Positions 32,528-45,609 of a stretch of 64,000 nucleotides of DNA are shown here, in pieces. Below the pieces are notes generated by a model that was not told the DNA's origin, made no database searches, and worked only from the letters and a program-made list of their open reading frames with translations. A program made the translations under genes and the position numbers. This DNA comes from Hyaloraphidium curvatum SAG 235-1 (taxonomy: Eukaryota > Fungi > Monoblepharomycota): the NCBI GenBank assembly GCA_025558095.1, contig JAIVFI010000026.1:310001-374000 (forward strand), in the 5' to 3' direction. Every line of letters starts with the position of its first letter. Positions within the stretch are counted from its first letter, which is position 1.

Positions 32528-35500
32528 ATGCTGCGCGACCTCCAGTCGCGGCTCAAGTCCGCAGTTGCGGCCGTGCAGCTGCCGCCGGCGCTGGCGGGCG
32601 CGGCGGCCGAGGCGGAGCACGCCGACGGCGATGCTGCCGACGCGGCCGCGGGGTCGCCGAGCGCGGCGGCCAGCGCGCCCGCGTCGCCCGGCAAGCCGGC
32701 GCTGCCCGACACGGTCGAGGCGTGCCACGCGCGCATCCGCAAGTACGAGGCGAAGCTGCAGGAGGTCGCGCGCGCGTACAAGGCGCAGCAGGCGCAGCGG
32801 GCCGCGCTCGAGCAGGTGCTGGCAAAGCACACGCCGCTGAGCTCCCTCGGGCCCGCGGACGCCGCGGACATGCTCGACAGCTTCCTCGACGGCCGCGGGA
32901 AGGGCGACGAGCTGGTGCGCGACGAGGTGCGGCGGCTGACAACCGCCGTGCGCGACCGCGACGAGGAGCTCAAAATGCTGCGCGCCGAGCTGGGAAGCGC
33001 CAGGCTGGCGTCGCAGCCGGCTGCCGACGGGCAGCTGTCGTTGGAGGGGCGGCAGGCGGCGGACCCGCTGTCGGACGGCGCGCCAGAGCAGCCCAGGAAG
33101 GAGGACGCCGTCGCCGCCCGCCTGCGCGAGGCCCTGGGGCACCTGCAGAAGGTCACGGACCAGCGCAACCGCGCCGTCGAGAAGCTCAGGGAGACCGTGG
33201 CCGAGAGGGACAGGCTGGTCGGCGAGCTGGCCCAGGCAAAAGAGGCCAGATCGGAAGTAGACATCGCCGACGTGGCCGGGAAGGCGGCCGACCCCGAGGA
33301 GATCGAGGCCCTCCGCTCGGAGCTCGGGGAGACAAAGGCGCAGCTGGACCGCGCCACGTCGAAATTCCGCGCCGCCCACGAGGAGAACGAGGCCCTGGCG
33401 CGGATGAGGCTGGACCTGGAGGCAAAGGTCCGGGAGCTCGAGGCCGCGGCGGAAAAGGCCGGCGAGGCGGGAAAGCGGGAAGAGGAGGCGGCAAAGACGG
33501 CGGAGGAAATCGGGAAGCGGGCGGAAGAGGCGGAGAAGAGGGCCGGGGGGGCCGAGAAGAGGGCCGGGGAGGCCGTGAAGCGGGCGGAGGAGGCGGCGAA
33601 GCGGACCGATGATGCGGAAGCCAAGGCCCGCGAGGCCGAGGCGCGGTCCGCCGACCTCGAGAAGCGGGCCGGGGAAGCCGAGAAGCGTGCCGCCGACTCG
33701 GAGGGCGAGGCGGAACGCCTTCGTGCGCGGCTCCAGGAGCTCGATTCGCAGCTGGGGGAGAACCGGTCGGCGCTTTCGGATCTCGAGGCGCTCCGCGGCA
33801 AGGCGGAGGAGGCGGATCGGCTCGAAAAGGAGCTGCACGCCGCCAGGGCGGACGCAGATGCCGCCAGGGCCGACGCGGAGGCGGCGAAAGCGGATGCTGA
33901 GGCGTTTAAGGCCGCCGCGGAGGCGGCCAAGGCGCAGGCCGACTCGGTGCGGGCCGAGGCGGACGGGCTGCGCGCCCGCTTGGACGAGGCCGAGCGCAGC
34001 GGCGGGGACTCGCTTTCCGCCGAGCGCGCGCGGGCCGAGGAGGCGCTGGCCAAGCTCGCGGACGCGGAGCGGGCGGCCCGCGAGGCCGGGGACAGGCTCG
34101 CCGCGGCGGAGGGCAGGCTGGCCGAGGCGGAAGGCGGCGCGGGCGAGCTGCGCGCGAAATTGGAGGCGGCGGAGAGGGAAGCAGCCGAGCTGAGGGGCAA
34201 GGTGGAGGCGGCGGAGTCTGCTGCGCGAGAGGCGGGCCAGGACGAGGCGCTGAGGAGGGAGCTCGATGAGCAGAGGGCGACGGCGGGCGAGCTGGCCCGC
34301 AAGCTCGAGGATGCGGAGCGGCAGGTCTCCGAGGCGCGGCAGAAGCTTGCCTCCGCCGAGGAGAAGCTCGCGGCCGAGATCGACGGCAGGTCCAAGGAGG
34401 CCGGGGACCTGGCGGCGAAAGCCGAGGCGGCGGACTCGCTGCGGGCGGAGCTCGAGGCCGCAAAAGCCGGCGCCGAGGAGCTGGCTTCCAAGCTGCGCGA
34501 CGCGGAATCGCTGCGGGCCGACCTGAATTCCGAGAAATCCAGGGCCGAGGAGCTCGCTACCAAGCTCGAGGCCGCGGAACGTGGCGCGTCCGAGGCGCAG
34601 GAACGGGCCGAGGCCGCTGAGAAGAAGCTCGCTGCCGAGCTCGAGGGCCGGTCGGGCGAAGCAGCGGACGTGGCAGCGAAGCTCGAGGCCGCGGAATCGC
34701 TTCGTTCCGAGCTCGAAGCCGCCAGGACCAAGGCGGACGAGCTGGCAGCCAAGCTGGGGGCCGCCGAAGCGCTGCAGGGCGATCTGGAAACCGAACGCGC
34801 CAGGGCCGGGGACCTTGCTTCGAAGCTGGAGGCCGCGGAGCGCCTGGTTTCCGAGGGCCAGGAGCGGCTCGCTGCGGTGGAAGCGAAACTCACCGCCGAA
34901 ACGGACTCGCGGGCGACGGAGGCCGCGGAACTGGCCGCGAAGCTCGAGTCCGCGACCGCACGGCTGCGCGACGCCGAGGCTGACGTGGAGTCGCTGCGTG
35001 CCAAAGCCGACGAAGCAGAGGCCCAGCTGAAGGCGGCCGAGGGACGGGCTGCCGAGGCGGCACAGGCTGCCGGCGATGGCGAGCGGCTAAGGACCGAGCT
35101 CGAGAGCTCCAGGGCACGCATCGAGGAGTTGGAGAGGGAAAAGCACGACTTGGCGAGCAAGGTCGAGGGTCAGGAGCAGTCGGAGGGCCGGTTGTCGGAG
35201 CTGGAGGCCGAAAAGGCGGATCTCGTGGCCAAGCTCGAAGCTGCGGAGAGGGCACGGGACGAGGCAGCGGCCAAGCTCGAAGCTCAGCAACAGCCCGACG
35301 GTCGTCTGCAGGAACTGGAGGCAGAGAAGGCGGACCTGGCGGCGAAACTGGAAGCTGCCGAGCGGGCGCGGGACGAGGCTGCGGCCGCGTTGGAGGCCAA
35401 GGAGGCCACCGTGAAGCAGCTCGGCGACCAGATGGGCACGTTGAGGCAGCAGCTCGGGGAGGAGGAGGAGAAGAAGACAAAGAGCATCCAGCTGCTCCGC

Positions 35501-36971
35501 AACTCCAAGAACCGAATCCTCGCGCTGGAGACGGAGATCAAAGACCTCAACGCGGCCACGGAGAAGGCAAAGACAACCGCGGCAGACGCGGAACGCGCGC
35601 GCGACGCTGCTGTGGCTCAGCGCGAGGCGCTGGTCAAGGATTTGAACTCCAAGTTGACGGATGCGGTTGGCAAGCTGCAGGTGAGTCTCCCGATTGGGTC
35701 AGGCGCACGAAGCATTTCCTTCCCGATCTTTGCGCCGCAGAAATCGGAGGCTGTCGCGGTGGATTTCAACAAGAAGCGTGGGGAATTCGAGGCCCAGATC
35801 CTTTCGCTCCAGGCGCGGATGAAGGACGTCGTCGAGCAGGGCAACCAGGCCAAAGCCGACAGGGATCAGACCGTCGAGAAGCTCAAAGCGAGGGAGCAGG
35901 AGCTCACTGCCGCCAACCGAATGGTGGAGCGGCTCAATGCCCAGGCGGCCCAGCAGGCGGAGCACCAGCAGGCCATGGAGACCAAAGTCGCCAACCTCGA
36001 GGGCGAGCTGGAGACCTCCAAGAAGCTGTTTCAGTCCAAATGCAACGAGAACGACCAGCTCAAGGTGCGCATGTCGGAGCTCGAGGTCAAGGCGTACGAG
36101 ATCGGGCAAGACAAGTCCAAGGACCAAAGCGAGCTGGAGGCGCAGCAGCGTGAGATTCAGTCCCTGAAGCTGCAGGCCGAAAAGCGGCAGACGCGGATCC
36201 AGGAGCTTGAAGAATCCAGCGCCGAAGTGCAGCGTAAGCTCTCTGATGCGGAGTCGGAGCTCGTGGCCGTCGGCAACGAGCTGATTGAAGCGAAGCGTCA
36301 ACGGGGGGATGCTGCAGCGTCCTTGGCCGCACTTCAGGCTGAGGTCGCCGCGCTGAAGGACAAGATGGGATCGGAGGACCAGAAGGCCGCTGACCTCCAG
36401 GGCGAGCTGGAGAAGCTCCGGGCGGAAAGGAACGAGGCGGTAGAGGAGCGGGAGAAGCTTGCCGAGGACTTCCGGATCAAGGAGGGGCACCTCAAGGCCG
36501 TCAACAAGACGCTCAAGGACGAGATCAGGAAACTGTCGCGCTCCGGGACGCCCGCGGACGACGCGCGGACGGCATCTATTGAGCGAGGACCTTCCTCTCC
36601 GAACATGGGTGCCAGGGCCGCATCCCCGAGCCAAACAGCGAGCCCGGGGCGGCCCCAGGCTTCGGCTGATGGATCTCCAACGCCAAAAGCTCGCATTGCG
36701 GGCGGGGTGGCGCAGCCTGCATCCCCGATCCAATCGCGTTCTGCTTCGATCGCCGACATGAGAATGGAGGACATCAATTTTGAGTACATCCGGACTGTTG
36801 TGCACCAGTTCATCGAACGGAAAGAAGTCCGGGTGAGCATGCAGCGCACCAAACTTGCCAGCATGGGGGCTAACGACGTTCCGCGACCTGCAGAAACAGC
36901 TGCTACCCGTGCTGGGCACGTTGCTGCATTACTCGCCGGACGAGCTGCGGAAGATGGCCCGAGGGCTGTGA
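32528..36971 (+). CDS. GRIP-domain golgin (Imh1-like), very long coiled coil
   Basis: >1300 aa of heptad A/E/K/L/R-rich sequence; C-terminal GRIP INFEYIRTVVHQF..|KQLLPVLGTLLHYSPDE; introns 35681-35740, 36833-36893. Confidence 0.88.
35186..35401 (+). repeat. Tandem 114-nt (38-aa) duplication inside the golgin coiled coil
   Basis: GRLSELEAEKADLVAKLEAAERARDEAAAKLEA / GRLQELEAEKADLAAKLEAAERARDEAAAALEA, offset 114 nt, many synonymous differences. Confidence 0.9.
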
Positions 36972-37019
36972 GATCTCTGTGTCTGCCATCGCGGTCATTT
37001 TGATATGTATTCGTCGAAT

Positions 37020-38312
37020 TCAATCCTGGTTCCTAGCGTAAGGCATCCGTTTGTGATCCTTCGAAGCATTGTGCTTGCGCCGCTTTTCCAGCTTCCTCTC
37101 CAAGTCCTTGGGGTTGGTTTTCCGGAACTGCTCCATCAGCTCAATGCGCTTGATGTCGGCTGCGAAGAAGCTGTCCGTGAGAAACGGCACATTTCAGGCA
37201 CCATTGGGCACTCACAGTCCTTCAGGAAGAACGGCTTCTTGCCTTGCTTTACCCTCTCTGATTGCTTTTTTCTCCACTCGCGCTTAATCTTTTGCTTTGC
37301 TTCTTCTGCTTGCCTCGCCTTGTCCCTCGATTGCTGGAATATTGTTCAATAGCGTCCTTACAGAGGCCGATGAAGCCCTCACCAGGCTCGTCAGCAGCTG
37401 CTTCAACCGACCACGCTCCTCCGGATCCTTCTCCACCGAGATCTTCTGCCTAAGCTCGCTCATTTCCTTCTTGTGAAGGTCGAAGACGAAATTGTACGAG
37501 TTGGCAAACACCCCGTTGTTGAAATTGCCGGTGCGGTCGTCGAAGCGTGGATCCCGACGTTTCTGGAGACCATTGTCAGATGCGAGAACAAACTGATCCG
37601 CAAAAGCTGCGCACAACTTCGCCGGTCTTGACCACGATACGCGCCCGTCCAACCGCCTTCTTCGACGAAAGCTCCGCTGGTCTGCATTGCCAATTGGTGA
37701 CTGAGCGCTGTGCTTTTGGACAAGGGCTCCCTACCTGCTCTTGTCCTTGTGCACCTTCTTCCTCTTCGAGGCTCGAGAGGATGCTTTCGGGTCTGCGGCT
37801 TCGTCCGAGTCCTCATCGGAGCCGGGATCCGATCCGTAGTTCTCATCTCCCGATCGCTCCCGGCTTTCCAGCCCGCTCTCCTCCGAATCCGAGCCCATGG
37901 AAGCCTTTCCCTTCATCCGACCGCCCAGCACGCTCTTTCTGGAGCCGAGAGGCGCCTCGTCCTCATCGTCGTCGTCGAAGAAAGAGTCCTTCACCCCGAG
38001 TCGGTCCTCCATCTCCACATCGGTCCGTGAACGTCTTCGGCCCGCCAAGGACTCGGTGCGTGCTCCGTTCAGAACGGTTGGCCGTTCCTTCTTCTGAGCT
38101 TTCCCGAGCGAGTCCTTTGGCGGCCTGCCGTTTGCCAGGGGCCGGTTGCTTTGACGGCTGGGCTTCCCGCCCTTCGGCCTGGTTTCCTCCGCTTTGAAGT
38201 CCTTCGACAAGCCTTTCACGGCACTCGAAGCGGCTTCCCTTTTCGATGCCGGGGCATGTTTCTTTAGCCCTTCCCTCTGGAGCTGCGCTAGCTGCTCTCC
38301 GAAGGACAGCAT
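37020..38312 (-). CDS. RRP36: rRNA biogenesis protein RRP36
   Basis: RDPRFD...SYNFVFD, KQGKKPFFLK, LEKRRKHNASKDHKRMP; several introns. Confidence 0.88.
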
Positions 38313-38375
38313 CTGGCTTGTTTACAGGCAGTCCAAAGGGCTTGCGACGAGTCGGACTCCTCTATAATCCGTCGA

Positions 38376-39917
38376 ATGGGCCTCCGGAATCTCGACTATG
38401 AGTTCGCGGCAGCATTGGGACGTCTCGAGGACCGCTTGGAGATTGTGTTCTCTGGCGCCAGAGACCTCTCGCTATCTGAAGCCGACCACCTACTCTCCTT
38501 GCTTCAAGGACTCGCGGGTTTCCTGAAGGTTCACGCGCATTCTTCTGCGAATCATCGCCCAATCGTGCTCTGCTTAAAGTCATTGGCCAGGATGGTCAAG
38601 TCTTTCCGGAAGAGCCTTCCGCGGATTGCGGGTGAATCGCTGCATCTCGAGGCCGCCGACCCCGCTGCTCTGCTTGGGTTCAATTTGGTCCGCGAGGTCC
38701 TTGGCTGTCTTGGCGTGGCTGAAGGAAGCGGAAGCAGCATGAGGCTGTTCGGCTGGAACGATGAGCAGGCGGAGGACAGGGCAATCATTCGGATGGAGGC
38801 CGACCTTCACCTTGGGAACAGCTTGCTGAAGCTTTGGTCCCTTCTCCAAAGGATTCATGTGGCTCCAGACATAAAATCATCTCTGTCAACTTTTGTCGAG
38901 AACGTTGTGGCAGCCCTCCCGGGAAAGGTCCGCATCTTGTCTAGCGCCAAGCGAACTGCTGACTCGATCGCCCCAGCTGAACCCTCTATTCCATCATTAT
39001 GGGCTCCAAGGCTTCGTCTCGCGGCGATATCTGGATGTTTTAGGGCAGCTGACAAAGATGGTTGCTGATAAAGGTTCTCCAGCTGCCTTTGAGGCAGCGG
39101 CCACCTCCATGATGGACCTTTTGGGCATGTTACCGCTGTCCTCCCTGCAGGCGGCAACCATCAACAGGACGGACACAACGCACTTTGTGGGTAGCGGAAA
39201 TGGCGTGGAAGGCGATTTGATACGCAACGGACGGTATCTGGTTTGGCTTCTGCTCAACGCTCTTTCGGACCTTTGTGGCGCTGCACGAACTGGTGCACCG
39301 GACCAAGCACTCCTTCACCTGCTCACGAAGCTCTTTGGAGGTGAAGTGCGTGATCGACATAGTCAGCCGATGCTCATCCAATTACAGCACTCTCTACCTC
39401 GTTTGCAATGCAAGCAAACGCGTACGAGTTTTTCTTGGACCACGACGGTCGCATGATGGAGACGGTACTCGCGCAGCTGCGTGTGTGGGACTATGCGCGC
39501 CGATTGAGATCCAAGGACCTGCCATCAGACGCTCGTTTCGAGGAAGGGACGCCGCCGGATGCTCTGGACCAGGTGCTCGTCGACCTTCATCCTGCCCGCA
39601 CCTTCCTGGCATTGCTGGATGATGCTTACGGTTTCGACATTTCATCTTGCGTGGATCTTGTCCTCGACGGGTCGATCCCCTTCATGGAAACCGTGCTAGA
39701 GTTTCTTGCCATTGTCCGGTGGCGGCCGCGATCACGGGACTGCACTGACGCTGACCTGGTTGTGGCCCCGGGCTTGGATGACAGTCTATTCCTAGCTTCG
39801 CTCGGGAGGCAGCTGCAGCCCTTGCTGCCATCGGATTGCAGCACCATCCAAATGGACCTAGTTCGAGCGTTGCACGAGTATTCACATGGTATTGCGTCTA
39901 CACAAAGGATATCGTGA
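38376..39917 (+). CDS. Lines-like (LINS1) protein
   Basis: FFLDHDGRMMETVLAQL and LHPARTFLALLDDAYGFDISSCVDLV..IPFMETVLEFL resemble the conserved Lines blocks; several introns. Confidence 0.55.
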
Positions 39918-39934
39918 ATAGAGCAGCATCGAAT

Positions 39935-42909
39935 CTAATCCAACGGAATGGCAGTAACCCTGTAAACATCATTGAAGTTCAGGCGGTCCCCCAATGCACG
40001 CAGCGAATCGTCTTTGGCTGTGCGTAGGAGGCCCAATAGTTCGCACGCGTCGACCTGCGGGTGCCATGCGTCACCAAATGGGCCGCCGAGGTCCAGGCCC
40101 CACGCACCTGGAACCGTTTTTTGTGGTTCTCCAAAGCGGCCTGGATATCAATAAGCTCATGGCTGCTTGGTCCCGAACCGCCGTCCGCGTCTCCCTGGTT
40201 CATCTCCGTCTCCATCCATCTAGCTAAACGGCTCTGCGGGCGGGTTCGTGAGTGAACAATCGAGTTCCCGGGGCATTTCAAACCCACATGTGTGTGGCGG
40301 AAAGCAATCATTTCGGAGAAGATCGATTGGAGCTGCTTGTGATAGCGCGATTCACCCTGCAGAGCATGTCTGTCAGACAGCTGCTCGCGCAACGGTCGCC
40401 ATTATCCACCTTTATGTCGGGGATCACAAGCATACTCTTGACGAGAATAGAGGCGAGGTACGCTTCATGAGCGTCGACAACTGCGTCCAGATCCGGTCCA
40501 CGTCGGGCTAGACGCTCCATCAGCAAGGTCCACGAGTTCTCGAGTGCCTAGCTCCGACGTCAGCCGGCAACAGCGACGACCGACGCTCGTCTTACTTCAA
40601 ACATCAGATAGTACTGGAGCTGGCCGACAAAGTGGATCATTTCGCTCAGGGTGACGCTGGCGCGGTGGCGTTCCTTTGCGAAATCTGGCAAGGACACGCT
40701 CAGCTCCGCTGAACATGACGCCCAAAAGGATCGCTACCTTTCCGCTTCCAGTAGCTTTTCAGGTAGCTCGCGTGCTCGCTCCATGCCTCGGTCAGCCGGT
40801 GCGAGACGCCCTTGAGCTGCAGCAGGAAGTTGAAGATCTTCTGGTACGAGCCCAGCGCGGCCTTGTTTATGATAGTGCTGATCGGCGGTTCGACCTGGTA
40901 CTTCAGACTGAGCGACTTCCATCCGTTATCTCCGTCGTTGGACTGGAGCAGCATGACATCTAGGCGCCTAGCAGCGTCCGGTTCCGAGCCGCCGGTGTTC
41001 GCAGATCGGATGGCAGCGTCGAACATCCCGGTAAGGTGGTGCATTTGCTTCCGGAGTTCTGTCGAGTTTTGGTCCAGCAGCTGGCTCGAGCTTTCCAGCA
41101 GATGCTGCACAAAGTCGCCTTGCGCCATGAAGAAGTAACGCTTCATCGCCTCGAGATGCATGAGCAGCTTATGGCGATCGAAGAGCGAGTCCATGAGGTG
41201 ACGGTTCGTGACGAGATACGAGGCGTCAATCAAGGTTTCGAAGTCCGTCATTTGCGAGAAATCGAGATCTAAACGGGCGTTAGATTGGCATGAGCAGGAT
41301 GCCTTCGTGACGCCAAGGAACGTACCATCCTGAAAAGATTGGCGGCTCTGTGAGAGGATGAAATCGGTCTCCTTGCACGAATAGCGGAGGAAGTTCAAGG
41401 ATTTGCCAATGTTGAGGATCTTCTGGGCCAGGTCCTGGCCGATGAAGTCCGGCTTCATCTCCTGCCGAATCACAAACTTGTCCCTCCACATATCGACATT
41501 CTCCTCCGCGCCGAGCGCAATGAAAAACTCCTCAGCCGGGTCCTCCAGCTCTCCTTCGAAGATCCATCGCCGTAGCATGTCCTGAAAGGGCCGGCTGACC
41601 TCGGTCAGCAGCTTCTGGATGAAGCGCTGGAGCGCCGGGTCGCCGTGGTCGGCGTAGGTGTGCAGCTTCGATAGCAAGGCACCACCTTTGTCGTCTGTCG
41701 AGAGCTTTTATCTGAGCAACCGAGCCTCGGATGGATCCTCCGGACTCACCTTTACACGCCTTGGTGAGCGTGCTCATCATTTTCATCCGCTCCAAAGGCT
41801 CCTGTGTCCACACCAGGAGCCGCTTCAACGTGAGGTCTCCTGCCTGATCCGGAACAGAGGGGTCCGGGAACGGCATTTGGGCTTCCAACACCGCGATCAA
41901 GCGGTAGTACTCCGTCAGCTCTCGGTTAAGGGTGGAGCAAAAGGCCTGTCGCATGACACCGGCTTCCCGCACATCCCCCGCAAGAAAGTCGACCACGTCC
42001 TGGTAGGAGCGGCCAAGCTCGTACAGCCTCAGAATAATCATTCGGACGGGCCCGGGTAAGGGTTCCTGTCGATGACGTTAGCAGCAGCACGACCGACGGG
42101 GATCACGACATCCTACCTCAAAGTAGATACGTCCGTTTTCGGTCTGCTTCACCACCTTACCTTCAATGCCCTGGAACATGTACACCATGTCGCGCAGCAG
42201 GGTGCCTTCCCGAACCGATCCATAGCTTCGATCTGGCAGAGCCGGTGGCTCCTTGACAGCCCGGCGCGCCGCGGCCTGCCTGGCCGTGCCGTCCGATGGC
42301 CGTCCACGGCCTGGTGCGGCTCCTTGTGCCGGCTCTTCGCCGCGAGAAGGATACTCCAAGGGAGTCGCGTCCGGGTGGTTCCCCAGCCCCAATGCCGCGA
42401 GACCATTCTGCAGCTGGGGAAAGGCGAATGAAAATCGAGCAACCCTTCCGCCACGCGCGTACCCACGGCCTGCATGTTCGGAGGGGGGCTCGTGTCCTCC
42501 GACATTTCGGACAGGCTCAGGAGGAACTGCAGAACCGTCCATCGGCGGTCAAGGTGGCCCTTTGCCGCGTCCCGCTCAGACCATGTCCCCGACCCGCAGT
42601 GACCCGGTCTCACCAGGGTTTTCAGCTTCGTGTGCAGCGTACGAAACTGCAGAGCCTTCTCTGTCGACGAGGTGGTCCGCAGCACTGGCAGGACCGTTTC
42701 AGACTCGGCGACGTCCACGGCCGAATGGTCCCACGGTGCTTCATAATCCTGTCCGCCACGACGCTCTCGTCCGGGACGACGGCGCCCGACATCGGGCGCT
42801 GCAGGATAGAGACGCATTCCGCCAGCGCGGCGTCCTCTGCTGCTGGGTCGACCGCGTCGGCGAGCAGCTTGCGCAGCAGCCGCGGTACGGCGGACGCGGC
42901 CTCGCTCAT
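39935..42909 (-). CDS. SPC98: Gamma-tubulin complex component 3 (Spc98/GCP3)
   Basis: LLRDMVYMFQGIEGK, ELTEYYRLIAVLE, HGDP..RWIFEGELEDPAEEFFI, IGKSLNFL, YFFMAQGDF, terminal RLNFNDVY. Confidence 0.93.
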
Positions 42910-43190
42910 GGCGGCATGCGCAGAGAGCGCCGCCGACGCGTGGAGGGAGCGCCGACCAGGGGACGCCGAGAGCGCGCGAGATTAATAGGAACTCTTTGAG
43001 AAGACAGGTCAACCCGCCACTCCGTTTCCGCCCCTCCAACTTCTAGCTTAGCTCATATGCGGACGCCGACTTCGATCAAGCTTCTAGATCCTCGGAATAC
43101 AAATGGTAACCCATGATATCCATTCGCAAGCCGCAGCCCGGCGGCCCAGCCACGCCTCATCCCCTGCACAAGATCCCGCTTCACCACATT

Positions 43191-45609
43191 CTACTGCTGG
43201 ACCGCCGGTTCTGTCTCTGCCGGCGCCGTTGGTGCCGGAGCCGTTGCTGCCGGCGCCGTTGTAGGTGGGTTCGGCCCTGACGCAGCCATGGCTTCCGCCG
43301 CCGCGGGCTCCGTCGGCGGCCCGTTGCTCAAGTAGCTTGCCATGGCTTCCCCGGTGAGCGTCTTCGCCGCGGCGATCGGGAAGTACCCGTTGTTGTTGGC
43401 CGCGGCGTCCAGGGAATGGTCCGTCCCGAAAGCCCATCCGTCGTCGAACAGGCTCCTCACGGCGAGGATGTCGCCGACGGTGAGCGGGATCTCATCCGGC
43501 CTCGACGCCTAGAAACAATGCACGGTCATTTCTGTCGCACTACTCGAGCTAGATCGAGACCCACCACAAAGTTCTTGATGGCAACCATATGCAGCGGCTT
43601 GGGGAGATCGGTCCGGCCGGTGGTCGCGCCGTTGGGGGCGATTGATGCGGTTCGGGCCGGTGGGACAACGGTTGGGCCAGAGAGGGAGTTCGGAGAGGGA
43701 ATAACAACCGTTCCTGCCAGCGGGACAGGGGCAACGGCCGCGACCGCCGCGACCGCCGCAGGAGCGACAGCGGGAAGGGCCGCCGGGGGCTGCCGAGGCG
43801 CAGGAGGCGCCGCACTCCCGGCGCCAACCATGACGTGCGGATCCACTTCGGTGTAGGGCGGGGGTGGCGGATCCGCTGCTGCACCAGCCGTCGCAGATAC
43901 AGTCCTCGGAGGTGCAGGAGCCGAAGGCGAAACCGGCGATGGAGGAGAAAAGTCCATGGTCCGATTGGTCGTCCGAATCAGCGCCTCGTGGTCCGGCGGG
44001 GCGGAAGGCTGCACGTTCGAACGGGCGAGCGAAGACGGGTCGTCCATCGACATGCTCAGCTCGGCCTCGGCGCTCGCGGCCTCCAGCTCCTCCAAAGCCG
44101 GGCCAGTGGGCTCGACCAGCGCCAGGCCGCCGACGGCGGTGACGGTCCGCATGGGCGGTGCCGAAGGCGGCGGGAAGCTCGAAGCCGAGTCCATTTCCTG
44201 CAGCGCCTGCGAGTCCGTGCTGCCTTCCGAGCCGCTGCCTCCTTCCGTCAGCGCATCCTCGCGATCCTTGTCCTTGCGCCGCGACACCCCAACCCAGTAT
44301 CCGAGACCCGCGACGAGCCCTGCAAGCGCGACGGAGCCGACAACAATGCCGGCGATGGCGCCCGCGGAGATCCCGGGCGCAGGGGGGTTGCGCGGAATGC
44401 ACGACTCGCCGGAGGGATCGGGGATGTAGCCTGGCAGGCAGATGCAGGCGCTCGAGGAACCGCCGCCGGCCGGTCTGTAGACGCCGTTGTCGACGCGGCA
44501 ATCTGGCAGCGCACATGCACGTCAGGAAAACTAGCGCCATGGTCGGCAAAAGTTGCAGACACCCACACTCCATCGACAGCGACAGAACTGCGTTCTCGGA
44601 GAGAGGCACCACATCGTTGCCGGTGCCGGACGCCAGCGTGCCCGACAGCAGCCCCAGCTGCGACTCGGACGCGGGGCCGCTGGTCGACGCCGTCCAGTTC
44701 CTCACGAGGGAATCGAGGATCGGCGATCGGCACACGAGGTTCGGCTCCCGCGGGGCCGTCACTCGGCTCAGGAACCAAGTGACGGCGAGCGTGGTGGAGT
44801 TCGGACCACCGGTCTCGTTGAACGGCGTGAGCGAGATGATGATTTGGACGGGCTCAAAAGTGAAGGTGCCGAAAGGGACGGTCATCTGAAGAGGGACGAA
44901 GCGTCGGCCGACGGGCAAGGCGGCTCCGATGACCACCCACTTTGCAAACGGCGCTCTGCCACTCGACGACCCTGTTTACGTAGACCGCCACCTTCTCCTC
45001 GCTGGGCTCGGTCCTCGCGTCGTTCGTCGACGTCGAAAACATGATTTCCAGTGCGCCAGGCATTTGCCGGCTCCCGGGGGGCGGGTACATGTGCGGGAAG
45101 GGCGCGCTGTCGCCGCGCCCGGTAATGGCCGGGCCGAGGTAGAAGGACATGCCCTGCGAGCCGAACGACGGCACCGGGGCGCTGATGAGGACGCTCTCGG
45201 CCCAGAACACCATGGTGGCGAGGAAGCCGCCAGCGAGCGAGTTTGCGCGCGAGAGCGGTGTGTTGAAGAAGGCTGCGCCGAGCTGGCCGGGCAGCGACTC
45301 GGTCAGCCTCAGCTTCGGCGAGCCCGAGTCGACGTCGATTGTCGCGTTGCCGAACGTCAGCCAGTTGTCCGTCTCGCGCGGGCCGAGGCGGATGGCCGAG
45401 ACGTTTGACGGGCGGCTCGGAGTCTGCCCGCCGCTCTGGCGCGCGGGCTCGCGGTCGGCGGCGGCGGCGGGGGCCAGCGCGGGGCCGAGCAGGGCGGCCA
45501 GCGCCAGCGCGGCGAGCAGCGGGCGCGGTCCGCGCGGCGCGGGGCCCGCATCCCGGCGGCGGCCGTCCCGCGACGCCGCGGCCCGGCCGCCGACGCCGTC
45601 CGTTGGCAT
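43191..45609 (-). CDS. Single-pass receptor-like protein: signal peptide, L-type lectin-like domain, EGF-like module, TM helix, Pro-rich/PPxY tail, SH3
   Basis: LLAALALAALLGPALAPAAAA; WLTFGNA..LRLTESLPGQLGAAFF..GMSFYL; CICLPGYIPDPSGESC; AIAGIVVGSVALAGLVAGLGYW; AIKNF|ASRPDEIPLTVGD..FDDGWA..GYFP; three introns. Confidence 0.82.

Noticed and set aside
32443-35160. 905-aa antisense ORF (Ser/Ala-rich)
   Set aside because: Mirror of the GC-biased Glu/Ala/Lys codons of the golgin; no motifs
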